DNA from: Octopus vulgaris
Taxonomy: Eukaryota
Direction of reading: 5' to 3'
DNA: 64,000 bases
Assembly (NCBI GenBank): GCA_951406725.2
Contig: OX597830.1
Location: forward strand, 70,990,001-71,054,000
Below, piece by piece: positions 25,486 to 39,570 of this stretch. The notes beneath the pieces are model-generated. The model saw only the letters and a list, made by a program, of their open reading frames with translations, was not told the origin of the DNA and did not search any database. Each line of letters starts with the position of its first letter. Position 1 is the stretch's first letter. A program made the position numbers and the translations under genes.

Positions 25486-26843
25486 TTAGATAGATAGTTA
25501 GATAGATAGATAGATAGATGTAGATGAATAGTTAAATGGACAAATAATTTGTTAGTTGCAATAGTTAGCTAGATTAGATAACGAATAAAGACATTGATAC
25601 ATATATAGATGGAGGTAAATAGATAGACGGAGGAATAGATAGATAAATAAATAGAGGGATAGATTGAAAATTAGAGAAACTAGAAGAAAACGAATAAGAT
25701 AGAGAACGAGAGAAGGAGAGAGAGAGAGAGAAAAAGAGAGAGGGAAAGAAAGTATGAGAGAATGAGAGAGAGATGGAGGAAGAAAGAGAGAAAGGCAAAA
25801 CGTCGTCTTTGTTGAGAGAAATAGTCTATAAATTGGTCGCCGGTAGAGGTCACTTGCATCTGAAGAGACAGACAGGCTGCCGAGAGTGAGTGAATAAAAC
25901 ACTAATTTTACAACTCCATTTCGTTTCATCTTGTCGAGAGATTAATTCCAGTTTTTATTTCAGTTTTATTGACTCCAACCATTTTCTCCATCCTGTTATA
26001 ACCGACTGGGTTTCGAATAGGCGTATGGACCGAACACAAGAAAAACGAAGAAAAACAAAAACAAAAAAAACCAACAACAACAAAAAAAACAATTCAAAAT
26101 GAACAACAAAATAATAAAAGAACATACAAAAAAAATAAATCAAAATAAAACATACACAAAGATGGCGGAGTATCTGTTTGATTTATTTATTTGTTTATTG
26201 TTTTATTTGTTGTTTGTTTATATTTATTTATATTTTGTTTATATTTATTTATTTCTATTAGTACAAATATTTATTCTCCCTTTCCATCTCTCTTTTCTCT
26301 TTTTTTTCTGTCGGCCTGTCTGTTCGTCTTTCTCTCTCTCTCTGTCTCTGTCTCTCTCTCTCTCTCTCTCTCAGTTTCACTCTATCGAAACTAACAAACA
26401 CGCATCTATTCCTTTTGCTTCGTCTCGCTCTGCATCTTACTGAATCGATGCTATTTTTGTCGTCCTGCTCACATTCTGCCTGTCCTCACTCCCAACATAT
26501 TACTGCAACATATTTCTATCTCATGCAACCACCACATTCTTGGACGACAATCCACACCTACCCCGCCATCCAAAAAAGAAAGAAAGAAAAGAGACGAAGA
26601 AAACGAAAGGAAGCGGATAATTCGAAATACCATCCATTTGAAAATAATTAACAAGGTGTCATATATATATGGATATAATATGCATATACACAAAGGCGCA
26701 GGCGTTGCTTCCCAACCATATGGTTCCGGGTTCAGTCCCACTGCATGGCACCTTGGGTAAGTTTCTTCTACTGTAGCCTCAGACAGACCTAAGCCTTGTG
26801 TGTGGATTTGGTAGACGGAAATTGAAAAGACGTCCGTCGTATG

Positions 26844-26898
<55 letters not shown>

Positions 26899-26993
26899 TC
26901 AATATAGGGTGGCAAAAAATTTTGTAGAATTTTTTTGCCACCAGCGGCCTAGTGGGAAAGAATTAAATAGTCATAGACCATTTTTAAGTTCAA

Positions 26994-27171
26994 CATCACA
27001 ATCAAGGAACGGCCATAATAGGCCATTCACCCACTAGAAATAACAGCCAAAGCTTCAACCGCAAAATAACATTAATTCCGTAAACAATGTTTTTGTTATT
27101 TTGCGGTTGAAGCTTTGGCTGTTATTTCTAGTGGGTGAATGGCCTATTATGACCGTTCCTTGATTGTGATG
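26994..27171. repeat. Near-perfect inverted repeat (78-bp arms, 22-bp spacer)
   Basis: 26994-27071 matches the reverse complement of 27094-27171 with 1 mismatch. Lies between TA tracts. Confidence 0.95.
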
Positions 27172-27212
27172 ATATATATATGTATGTATGTATATATATA
27201 TGTATGTATACA

Positions 27213-27253
<41 letters not shown>

Positions 27254-27256
<3 letters not shown>

Positions 27257-27480
27257 TCTTTATTGCCCACAAGGGGCTAAACATAGAGGGGACAAACAAG
27301 GACAGATAAACGAATTAAGTCGATTACATTGAACCCAGTGCGTAACTGGTACTTAATTTATCGACCTCGAAAGGATGATAGGCAAAGTCGACCTCGGCGG
27401 AATTTCAACCCAGAATGTAACGGCAGACGAAATACGGCTACGCATTTCGTCCGGCGTGCTAACCTTTCTGCCAGCTCGCC
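27254..27480 (-). mobile_element. SINE-B monomer, head-to-head with SINE-C (27481-27810, +)
   Basis: Family match; abuts the GTGTGGTAAG head of SINE-C. Confidence 0.85.
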
Positions 27481-27916
27481 GTGTGGTAAGTAGATTACCT
27501 ACCAAACATATGCTTACGGGTTCAGTCCCACTGCATGGCACCTTGGGCAAGTGTCTTCTACTATAGCCTAGGGCCGACCAAAGCCTTGTGCGTGTGTTTA
27601 TATCTAAGTTTGTCCCACCCCACGACTATCACTTGGCAATCGATGTTGATATGTTTACATCCCAGTAACTTAACGGCTCGACAAAAGTGAACGATAGAAT
27701 AAGTACTAGGGTTACAAATAAGTCCTGCGGGTCGATTTCTTCGACTAAAAAGGTGGTGTTCCAGCATGGCCACAGCTAAATGACTGAAACAAATTAATGA
27801 ATAAAAGAATACACACACATATATACATACATAAAAAAATATATATATATCTGTGTGTGTGTATACATACACAAGCATATGTATACGTATATATACATAT
27901 ATGTATGTATGCATAT

Positions 27917-27969
<53 letters not shown>

Positions 27970-28024
27970 TTTGATTTTGATTTTTCCAGTTTCAGCTAAT
28001 GAGCTGTGGCCATGCTGGGGCACC

Positions 28025-28081
<57 letters not shown>

Positions 28082-28082
<1 letters not shown>

Positions 28083-28825
28083 CTTTCCAAAAATATTTAG
28101 AAATTACAGAAACGTTTATTGTCAATGATGTTCACATCATTTTAAAGTTTTGAAATTTTATTTATTTTTCTACATAATCGCCATTTCGATCGATGCATTT
28201 TTATGGGCGCTGGGGCAGTTTTTGTGTGCCCATATCACACCGTCTCACCCCCATGTCGTTGAGGAAGCGTTGAGCCTCATCTTTCACCTCGTCGTCACTG
28301 CTAATGCGCAATCCGGCCAAATGTTCTTTCAACTTCGGGAACAGCCGGTAGTCACTGGGTGCCAAGTCCGGACTATAAGGTAGATTACTGTTTATGGTCA
28401 TCTGTGAGCATTTGTGGGACCCATCTTGCACACACCTTCCGCTATTGCAACTCTTCACTTAAAAATCCTATGAATAGTGCTTTGGGGAACCTAAGAAACC
28501 AAAGTGATCTGCCGATTTTCACACAGGATTTGCTCAACCTTCGCGAATGTCTCGTCGGAAATTGATGGTCGCCCGCTTCATTTTTCGTCATGAATCTCAG
28601 TACGACCAGCTGCAACCTCCCTACACCACTTGCGTTCTTTTTTGACGTCCATGCACGATTCGCCATACACTTCCGTTAACTGGCGATGAATTTCAATCGG
28701 TTTAATGACTTTTGCGTTCAAAGACCGAATATCTGAGCGAACGTCAGATTTAGTGGTAGCGTCAACCGGGAGCTCTATCAGATACGATTGCCAAGCCAAC
28801 ACTCAGTTGGTAGCGAGGCGCGCAC

Positions 28826-28826
<1 letters not shown>
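28082..28826 (-). pseudogene. Internally deleted mariner (Tc1/mariner) transposase remnant
   Basis: N-terminal HTH region (IEIHRQLTEVYGESCM...GRTEIHDE...SGRPS) and C-terminal PYSPDLAPSDYRLFPKLKEHL...GDYVEK*. The middle of the catalytic domain is missing. Flanked by TA tracts. Confidence 0.9.
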
Positions 28827-28879
<53 letters not shown>

Positions 28880-29434
28880 TGTAATATCTAGTCATTTCTT
28901 ATTCATTATTTCTATCGTGAAACATCCAAATCTCAGAGACATGCAATTAGACTTGAGCAGTGCTGCTGTAAAACCTGATATAATTTAACTGGCTGCAAGT
29001 TGGGGCCACAAGCGTATTCGTTCAGAATAATATACATATTCGTCGATCGAAGATGATGAAACAGGGACAACTGAAGAAGGAGAATATGCTTTGTGTTGTA
29101 TATCTCGTTTCTCTGTTTTTTCGTTGTTCAAAAAAAAGTTCGTTTCTATGTTTTTGTTTTTATGTATATATGTTTTTGCTTATATGTTTTTACGTATATA
29201 TGTTTTTGTTTATATGTATATGCATATATAAGTATATGCATATATAAGTATATGCATATATTATATTTATCTATCATCTATCTATCTAGATATGTACTAC
29301 CCTCCATGTGATAACGAGCGATTGCAGAATGCTTTCCTGTAAAAACGCATTTTATACATACATACATACATACATACATACATACATGCATGCATACATA
29401 CATACATACATACATACATACATACATACATACA

Positions 29435-29466
<32 letters not shown>

Positions 29467-29467
29467 C

Positions 29468-29735
29468 ATTCAGTCACTGTAGTTAGTTTAGTGAGAACAA
29501 TTAACCTCTTTACCACAGTTAGTTTTGTCAAAATACATTTGTCACAAATAGTTCGTTTAATAGCCATTGTTTAGTCACTACAGATAACTTATTTTCCATA
29601 GTTTGTTTCGGCTCAACGTTTAATTAATTCACAATGGTTAGTTTAATCATAATAATTTGTCTAGTCAAAGTTTGAGAGCAATAATAAATCGTTTTGAAAC
29701 TAGTTTTACTTTTAAAGCGACTGTTTAGTCATTAG
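29468..29735. repeat. Degenerate minisatellite (recurring GTTAGTTTAGTCA-like unit)
   Basis: Repeated variants such as TAGTTAGTTTAG, CAGTTAGTTTTGTCA and TGTTTAGTCA. Confidence 0.35.
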
Positions 29736-30011
29736 ATTTGCTTTTTACCTGTGTCAATACGTTTTGGTTTTGTCAATATATTTTATTTTCAGATTATATC
29801 ATTTAGCTTGATACCACTCCCTTCAACCCAGAGCCGTTAAAATAATGATTAGTCTTATTCGTAAAGCATTGGATATTTTATAATCAATGAAATACATCTC
29901 TCTCTTTCTGGTCTTATTTCAATACTTCCGTAAATGAAACGCACCCACACATACGCACGAGTGTGTATGTGTATGTATATGTGTGGCCCCATGCGTATGT
30001 ATGTACGTATG

Positions 30012-30067
<56 letters not shown>

Positions 30068-30740
30068 TATATTTATGTGTGTATATATATATATTTATGT
30101 ATAAAATATATATAGACATATATATGTATGTACGTATATATATATATATATATAATGTGTGTGTATATAGGCGTGTATGTGTTTTATATGTGACTACGAA
30201 TCTGCACATTTGCAAGCAAGTGTATAGATTATATATATTGAATCAAGGATTATCTGGATATTTATATTTAAATCCATCCAAAGTCCAAAATCTTCTGCAG
30301 ACCACTGGTTCACTGATTCAATATCCGAATCTCTATGCCGAGGTCAGCAACCTTCCTTGCAAGCATTAAGACGTTTTACTGCGTTCGTACGCCATATCAG
30401 CATCGTATTACACATCGCTTCTTATTCTTATTCTTCTTAATATAATAGCTTTACAATATTTCTCTGTGAGGATTTTCTGAGACTTAGTCACGTCTTTTAT
30501 GCACATCTTCCAACTTCTCAAGTATTTTAAAATTGAGGAATATAATAAAATAGATAAATTTTCCGAACAGATTTTAGCATTACATTTGTTAGTGTATATT
30601 GTTATACAATAACACAGAGGAAATATTTTTAATAAACACTCTTAAACATATACAAATATTGCTCATACTCTCTCATCTGAACACGTGTAACATGTATGTA
30701 TATATATATATATATATATATGTATGCATGTATGCATGTG

Positions 30741-30829
<89 letters not shown>

Positions 30830-30926
30830 ATATCTATCTATCTATAACAGTTAAATCTGTGAATGTTATTTTTGTTGCAAGGCAGAACGTTGACATCACG
30901 TGAAGTGATTACAAAATAATGCGAGA

Positions 30927-30979
<53 letters not shown>

Positions 30980-31105
30980 TCGTGTTGTTGTATAGACAAT
31001 GCATGTTGTGTAGTTTGAATATCATGTTCTGTTTTCGATGTACATAAATTTCGTTTCCCAATTTCGCGCATGTGCTCAAGTAGCTATAGCTGTTGAACTG
31101 TCGTA

Positions 31106-31132
31106 CTTATCATTATTATTGTTATTATTATT

Positions 31133-31182
<50 letters not shown>

Positions 31183-31210
31183 CATTATTATTATTATTAT
31201 TATTATTATA

Positions 31211-31281
<71 letters not shown>

Positions 31282-31322
31282 CATTATTATTATTATTATT
31301 ATCATTATTATTATTATTATTA

Positions 31323-31360
<38 letters not shown>

Positions 31361-31402
31361 ATAATAATTATTATTATTATTATTATTATTATTATAATTA
31401 TT

Positions 31403-31456
<54 letters not shown>

Positions 31457-31519
31457 ATTATTATTATTAGTATCATCATTATTATTAATATTATTATAAT
31501 TATTATTATAATAATAATA

Positions 31520-31563
<44 letters not shown>

Positions 31564-31600
31564 TATTGCTATCATTATTGTTGTTGTTGTTATTGTTTTT
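31106..31600. repeat. Long (ATT)n microsatellite; (AGT)n tracts follow at 31695-31765 and 31870-31960
   Basis: Direct inspection. Confidence 0.95.
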
Positions 31601-31694
31601 TGTTGTTCTGTTGTTGTTTTCAGTGTTCTCATTGTTGTCAAAGTTATTTATGGCATTATAATTAGCATCAATCTCAGAAATCGTCGTCGTTGTC

Positions 31695-31771
<77 letters not shown>

Positions 31772-31897
31772 ACCTGTTGCTTATCTGTTTGCTCTTAATC
31801 ATATTACTATTCATATTGGTACCTTCCTTGTTATGAATATTTTTGCAATAGCAGCATGAGCATCAGTAACAGCAGCAGCAGTAGTAGCAGCAGTAGC

Positions 31898-31953
<56 letters not shown>

Positions 31954-32459
31954 CAGCAGTTGTTTTAATGGTATTTGCAGATTTAGCAGTGCAGCTCGCA
32001 GCAAGTGCAAAGGTCGAAATAGGCGAGACCTACGGTAGCAGTACGGAATTCCTCCTAAGCTGCAAATAAGCAATAAAAGAAAAACAAAGGAATTGAAAAA
32101 GTGAGGGGCATTAAGGGGGGTTGATGCGTTGCTTGCAAGTGGGGGTTCGGTGTTTGCATTGTAAACTAAGTGATAGAGTGGAGATAAAGAAACTAGTTGA
32201 CACGTTGAGATAAAGATCTAGACGACGTGTGTGATAATGTGTGTGTGTGTGTTAGTGTGTGTATGTGTATGTATATGTATATATATATATATAGTTATAA
32301 ATCTACCCACATATATATATAGGTGTATGCCTGTATAATATATCCATACATATATATACAGATATGTATATATATATTGCTATATATTTAGAGGTATGTA
32401 TGTGTGTGTATATATATATATATACACACACATATATATATATATATACACACACACAC

Positions 32460-32527
<68 letters not shown>

Positions 32528-32598
32528 GGAGGGTGTATGTCTGAGTGAGTCCACGTAGTTATGCACAGAAATAGAGAAATAGATAGATAAATAGAGAC

Positions 32599-32642
<44 letters not shown>

Positions 32643-33361
32643 TGAGAGAGAGAGAGAGAGAGAGAGATGAATGAGAATGACAGTGAAAAAGAGAGGAGAG
32701 GAATATAATGGAAATTGATTGAAATCTACGCACCAGAGAAACAGGAAGAGATAGAGAAGTAGAGAAAGAAGAGGAAGAGAAAGCGTGGAGAGGGAGGAAC
32801 GGGGAGAAATGGTAAAAGCCTATTGCCAGCATCGATCAATTTCCTTCGCCGCCTGCCTGAAAATGCCAAGAAAAGATTTGCGTAGCTTTATCCGGTCTTC
32901 CACTCTTCGTTGCTTGTCTTTCTATTGGACTTGGCATAAAGATAGCGTATTGCTCGCTTGCATTCCGAACAAAGAATTTTCACTAGATTGATCCTGGCCA
33001 ACGAAATGCCAAGAGATCTTATCGACCAGCTTCTACGTTTCTCCGCTTCTCCGCTTTTTCTCTTGCAGTCGATATTTTGGTTCCACGGTTCAAGAGGCCG
33101 GCACTGTGTGATGTTACGACAAACACTTGTCATTAATAAGAAGATTTGTGAACTGGAGGAATATTAACAATAGAGGGACAACAAACGAGAGGGCGTTAGA
33201 AATGTGCAAGAAAGAAGAGAAAGAAGTAGAAGAAGAGGGGAGGAGCAGAAGGAGGAAGAGGATAATTTGAATGGAATTTGGAAGTGATCCAAAACTAAAA
33301 AGTTAATGAAGATTTTCCATCACAAATTTTATTTAAAAACTGTCTTTAGTCATTGATTAAC

Positions 33362-33448
<87 letters not shown>

Positions 33449-33460
33449 GTTATTATCAAT

Positions 33461-34010
33461 GCGATGAGTTGGCAGAATCATTAGCACGCCGGGTGAAATG
33501 CTTAGCGGTATTTCGTCTGCCGTTACGTTGTGAGTTCAAATTCCGCCGAGGTCGACTTTTCCTTTCATCCTTTCGGGGTCGATTGAATAAGTACCAGTTT
33601 CACACTGGGGTCGGTGTAATCGACTTAATACCTATGTCTGTCCTTGTTTGTCCTCTCTATATTTAGCCCTTTGTGGTTGATAAAGAAATAGGTATTTCGT
33701 CTGCCGTTACGTTCTGAGTTCAAACTCCGCCGAGGTCGACTTCACCTTTCATCCTTTCGGGGTCGATAAATTAAGTACCAGTTACGCACTGGGGTCGAAA
33801 TAATCGACTTAATCCTTTTGTCTGTCCTTGTTTGCCCCTTCTGTGTGTAGCCCCTTGTGGGCAGTAAAGAAATATGTATTTCGTCTGTCGCTGCGTTCTG
33901 ACTTCAAATCCTGCCGAGGTTGATTTTGCCTTTCATCCTGTCGGGGTCGATAAATTAAGAACCTCTCCCTCAAATTTCAGGCCTTGTTCCTATAGTAGAA
34001 AGGATTATTA
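33461..34010 (+). mobile_element. SINE-B tandem trimer
   Basis: One head, then units 33508-33691 and 33692-33875 (184 bp each). The third unit, from 33876, carries the older tail type. Confidence 0.92.
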
Positions 34011-34358
34011 TTACTACTGGGTGAGAGAGCAGTGACACTTGTGTAAAATATACAAAGCCCGATATACCGTTCATGACTACCCGTCTGATAAGGGTGCACC
34101 AGGCACACGCATCACCACTGTATGTGCGTGACATAGTGATCTCATATTAAGATAATCAGCGCATGTCCTTACAAGCGGAGCCCAGTTAGAATTTTTTTCG
34201 GGTCGAGTAGCCCATCCCGTTTAAAAGCTCCCTGAATAAGGCTTGTTTAAGGATGTTGAACAAAACACCCATGTTTCCAGAGGTGAATTATTCAAACCCC
34301 AAAGAATCCCTCTCAACACACGGCTATGATGCTCCCCCACTACTTCTGCTTGTGATCA
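34011..34358 (-). mobile_element. Non-autonomous retroelement fragment flanked by a 39-bp direct duplication
   Basis: 33972-34010 is repeated at 34359-34397 (2 mismatches). The left end lies in a short (ATT)n. Confidence 0.55.
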
Positions 34359-35298
34359 AAATGTCAGGCCTTGTGCCTATAGTAGAAAGGATTATTAGTA
34401 AGGTGGCAAGCTGAAATAATCGTTAGCACGGGCTGACAAAATTATCAGAAGCGTTTCGTTCCTTTTCACATTCCGAGATTGACTTTGCCTCCATCAATTC
34501 AGAATCAATAGAATGAGTACCAGTTAAGTACTGGGGTCTATGGAAACGACTTACTGCCTCCCCATTAAACTGCTGGTGTTGTGCCAAAATTGAAAAACCA
34601 TTATAATGTTTTTGTTGCTGATGTTGCTCTTACTGCAAACGCTAAAGCCAAGCTATTGACATAGCTTTTGCCGTACTTCGTAACGTATTTATCTTCCATC
34701 TGACGATGATGATGATGATAGTGATTCCTGTTTTTCATTTGAGTCTTGGACATTAATGTTTGAGAAGTAAATTTATGGCCATTTTACAAAGCAGCTCCGC
34801 CCGTTTCACCTGAGAAAACTTCTATAGGAATTTATTGTTCACGAAAGGTGAACAGAAATATCTAATCTGTTGGTGTGACTGACACATACGACTTCTCTGT
34901 TCATACCATTCATTCAAACATGACTCTTCTCTTTTATATTCTATCACATATTTCTACGCTATTCTATAACATTCTATTCTGTATTCTTTTCAGATTGTTT
35001 TTTGAAAGAATTCTTTTGTGATTTATACGCACGCACACACACACACACACAAGCACACACACACACACACCAACACACACACACACTCACACACACATAC
35101 ACACACACACGCCAGCACAAACATACACACACACACACAGACACACACGTATGCATATACGTATACATATAAATGTTCTAATATACGCATATATTTATAT
35201 TCTTCTGTACGTGTATACATGCATATATATTGATATATATATACATATATACATGCATACATACATACATACATATACATACATACATACATACATAC

Positions 35299-35390
<92 letters not shown>

Positions 35391-36099
35391 AAATTTTAGG
35401 TTAGTCCAAATAAATTTGTGACATATTCTAACTTCTAAACTGTAGTTTATGGAAGAGAAAAAATTTCCTGCTTATGCTAAACTGTCTAAAAACGCTTTAT
35501 CTCTCTCAGTGTCGCATTCTATCGGATTTCTAGACGCTTTTCAGGCTCCTTAGCGTTCTTCAGTAAAAGATAATGAAGAGGAATAACTCTGAGCATATTA
35601 GAAACCCAACATTACCAACTGCTCTGCGCTTGCAGACTACCTGGTCGGAACAGGTGTAGCAGTGGTAACATTAAGCAGTGACGAGAAATAAAGAAACTTT
35701 CAGTTAGTTTAAATACCTTTTGGACATATTTTAACTTATCAACTATTCGGCCAGCTAACCCATCATCGGAGAGTTCAGTGATGCCTTAGTAATCGAAACT
35801 TCGGAGTTACAACATACACATACAAATTTGTGGGTAAGAGGTCAAAATGCAATAAATAATGTTAAAACGGGGTGGTAATTTAGTATTCTAGGGTACCGCC
35901 TCGAAAAATTTAGTCAACAAATCTACCCCGGTACTAATATTTTTAAAAGTCTGGTGCTTCTTCTACTGGTCTCTTTTGCCAAAATCCACTAAGTTACAGG
36001 GACGTAACCAAGTCAACACCGGTGGACACGTGGTGGGAGGGATAATACCATGTAGAACATACGCAAATATACATATACGATGGCTTGCATACAGTTTCT

Positions 36100-36332
36100 T
36101 ATTTCTTTACTACCCATAAGGAGCTAAACATGGAAGGGACGCACAAGGACAGACAAACGGAGTAAGTTGATTACATCGACCCTAGTGCATAACTGGTACT
36201 TTATTTATCGACCCCGAAAGGAAGAAAAGCGAAGTCGACCTCGGCGGAATTTGAACTCAGCACGTAACGGCAGACGAAATACGGCTACGCATTTCGCCCG
36301 CCGTGCTAACATTTCTGCCAGCTCGCCGCCTT
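36100..36332 (-). mobile_element. SINE-B monomer with 16-bp TSD, nested in a diverged SINE-C (35880-36482, -)
   Basis: CTTGCATACAGTTTCT at 36084-36099 and 36333-36348. Confidence 0.92.
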
Positions 36333-36699
36333 CTTGCATACAGTTTCTGTCTACCAAATTCACTTAGAAAACTTGGGTCCGTCAGGGCTACAGTAGAAAA
36401 CACCTGCCCAATGTGCCGTGCAGTGGAACTGATCCCGAGACCATGTAGTTACAAATCGAGATTCTTAGCCACACAGCCATGTCTGAGTTACTTAATTTCA
36501 TTTAAAACAATTTTTTTAAAAGTTGGTAAGATCTAATTTCGTTTTTGATGCGATGATATACGAACAGACACAGGGATGTTTGTACGATTACGAAGCTCAC
36601 TTCGCAACCATTTTGATTTCAGGTTCATTCCCACTGCGGAGCACTTTGGACAAATATATTGTTGTATGGTCCTTGGCAGGTAAACTGAGTGAATTTGGT

Positions 36700-37165
36700 T
36701 CATCATCATTGTTTGACCGTGATCGAGACAATGGAATTTACCATGCTACGCCAGACTTCACGGTCCATCATGGCATTACGGAGGTCCTGTTGCTTGATGC
36801 CTGTATCCCTGGAGATTACATCAGGGTAGGAGAGTGTGCGCCCTCTGCTATTGCGAGTAGATGGCTTCCAGAGGAGAAGAGTAGAAACTACCTCTTTTTC
36901 AGCAAACTGGACTCTCTTACTTTTCACAAGAGATGACACAGGTGGTAGTTTCCCATATATTTGCATTTTGGTTGGATGGCGCTTCCACGAGAGATTTTGA
37001 GCTCTCATAAGGAGGCGAGTGTAGGTTCCATCCAACCGCCTCTCAAGCTTCTTTGATAACGTCCAGGGTTCTGAGCCATATAGTAGAATTGGTTTGACTG
37101 TGGCTTTGAAGATTTCAAGTTTGAAGTCTCTACTTAGATTTGATGACCAGATCTTATGCATGTCA
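36700..37165 (-). pseudogene. 5'-truncated RTE-type LINE 3' end
   Basis: KIWSSNLSRDFKLEIFKATVKPILLYGSEPWTL...AMMDREVWRSMV, followed directly by a (TGA)n tail. Confidence 0.9.
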
Positions 37166-37211
37166 TTTGGTAGTGGCATGAAAACTGAAGAAAAATCTGT
37201 TTTTTATGCGC

Positions 37212-37295
<84 letters not shown>

Positions 37296-37836
37296 GTACA
37301 TACGAGGTTTTGTCATTTGGTGTTTAACAAATAGAACTGATTTGTTTGTATCACTGTGATTTAGTGGTTAGATAAAAAGACATTGGTATCATATGTCCCA
37401 GAATTAAAATGAGTACCTGGATACATTTTGTCGTCTAAACGCATCGAGTCGATGCCCCAGCTTGGCCTCACTCCAACTTTTGAAACAAAAACTTACAGGA
37501 TAAATTATAAATCAATATAATTTTAATTTACAATATAATTTATAATATAATAATTCACAATATAATAATTTACAATATAATTTATAATATGATAAATCAA
37601 TATAATTTTAATTTACATTCTGATTTTAATTAATTGCTTAAATAATTAATTAATTTGTAGATATAGCGCCGGTTTAAAATCTATAAGAAACACATACATA
37701 CATATATACATGTATACATACATACATACATACAAATATACATACATACATAGCGATGTATATATATCTATGTATATATATTTCTGCAAGAGTATATCAT
37801 AAAATAAGAAAGTTTACCTATCTATATATCTATCTG

Positions 37837-37927
<91 letters not shown>

Positions 37928-37939
37928 CCATCTATCTAT

Positions 37940-38024
<85 letters not shown>

Positions 38025-38068
38025 ATTTCATGTATAAATAGATATGCATAAATATCCCTATATATATG

Positions 38069-38112
<44 letters not shown>

Positions 38113-38876
38113 TATATACCTACATATATATATATATATTATGTTTATATATGTATATATATATAAATATTTTCATATACACACACATATATATATACAT
38201 ATATGAGTGTTTGTGCAAGCGGGTGTATGTGTGTGTGTATATGTGTGTGTGTTTTTGTGTGTGTGTGTGTGTACGTGTGTGCACGTGTTTGCGTAGCAGT
38301 TTAACTATTTATCTGCTATCAGCTCTCTCTCTCTCTTAACCTTCATGCAACTTCTTACATACTTCTCGGACACTACCTCCTCCTCGCAACACCTTTAACA
38401 GATCAGCCTCCACTAACCATCTATAATATCAATGAAATAATACCTGATTTCTTATAATCCGAGGAAGAAGTAGACAGTATGTTGTGTCACACTTGCTGGT
38501 TTTGTTTGTTTTTTTTTAACCTTGGCAATAAATTTCGAAGATGCCAGCTTATCTTCAGTACAAACCTGTTACACCTGACCTCATCCTACACCTGACCTCA
38601 TCCTACACCTGCTAAGTATCGTGTTGAAGCAGCTCGCGTGTGCGCTACTTGTTTAAAATAATAAATAACCGTCGGTGTGTTCATTGATATATGAGTGTGT
38701 GTGTGTGTGTACGTGTTTGTCTATATGTGTGCGTAGTGTTTGTGTGTGTGTGTGTGTGTGTTTGGATGTGTGTGTGTATGTGTGGACATACACACGCACA
38801 CATCCATGTATATATGCATGTAAGTTTATATATATTTAAGTATGGATATAGATGTATCTATCTGAGTGTGTCTATA

Positions 38877-38953
<77 letters not shown>

Positions 38954-39160
38954 ATGTATATTTATATATATTTATATATAGCTCTGTATTTATGTTCGTA
39001 TGTAATTTATATACATTTGTATACATACATAGAAATACACACATATACAGGCACATGCATGGCTTTTATATATATATATATATATATATATACATACAAA
39101 CATATATCTATATGTACATATATACATACATACGTCTATATGTATATATATATATCTATA

Positions 39161-39247
<87 letters not shown>

Positions 39248-39352
39248 TAGCAAGATAGCTAGATAGAGAGATAGAGAGACAGATAGGTAGAGAGAGAGAG
39301 AGGGGGGAGAGAGAGAAAGAGAGAGAGACCAGCACATACATTATTATTTTTA

Positions 39353-39570
39353 TTATTACCTCCGCCTTAACAAAAGACAGATGTATTATTTTCAGTCGTG
39401 TTTGTTCTGGTTGTTTGTCCGTGGACAAGATATCTCAAGAAGCGATGGATGGATTCGGATGAAACTTTTTCAAGGAATTTTGACCTCGTGACTGGCACGA
39501 ACTGATTAGATTTTGGGATGAATCCGGCACCGGTCAAGAATTCTGGATTATTTGTTATATTTACTTTACT
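39353..39570 (+). mobile_element. Helentron/HINE (DINE-1-like) non-autonomous element end
   Basis: ATTACCTCCGCC start, then a GTTTGT-type short repeat and GGATGGATTCGGATGAAACT, the architecture I recall for HINE-like elements. Confidence 0.5.

Noticed and set aside
31821-32059. Minus-strand Thr/Ala-rich exon
   Set aside because: The open frame mostly reflects an (ACT)n tract, and the best acceptor leads to a stop or to poly-Leu.
33071-33136. D-box-like peptide KRPALCDVTTN
   Set aside because: It is a 21-codon frame, the spacing is off from RxxLxxxxN, and there is no other cyclin-like sequence.
33508-33960. Regular 184-bp repeats as a CRISPR array or a retrozyme
   Set aside because: There are no unique spacers or cas genes, the context is eukaryotic, and I found no hammerhead core on either strand of the unit.
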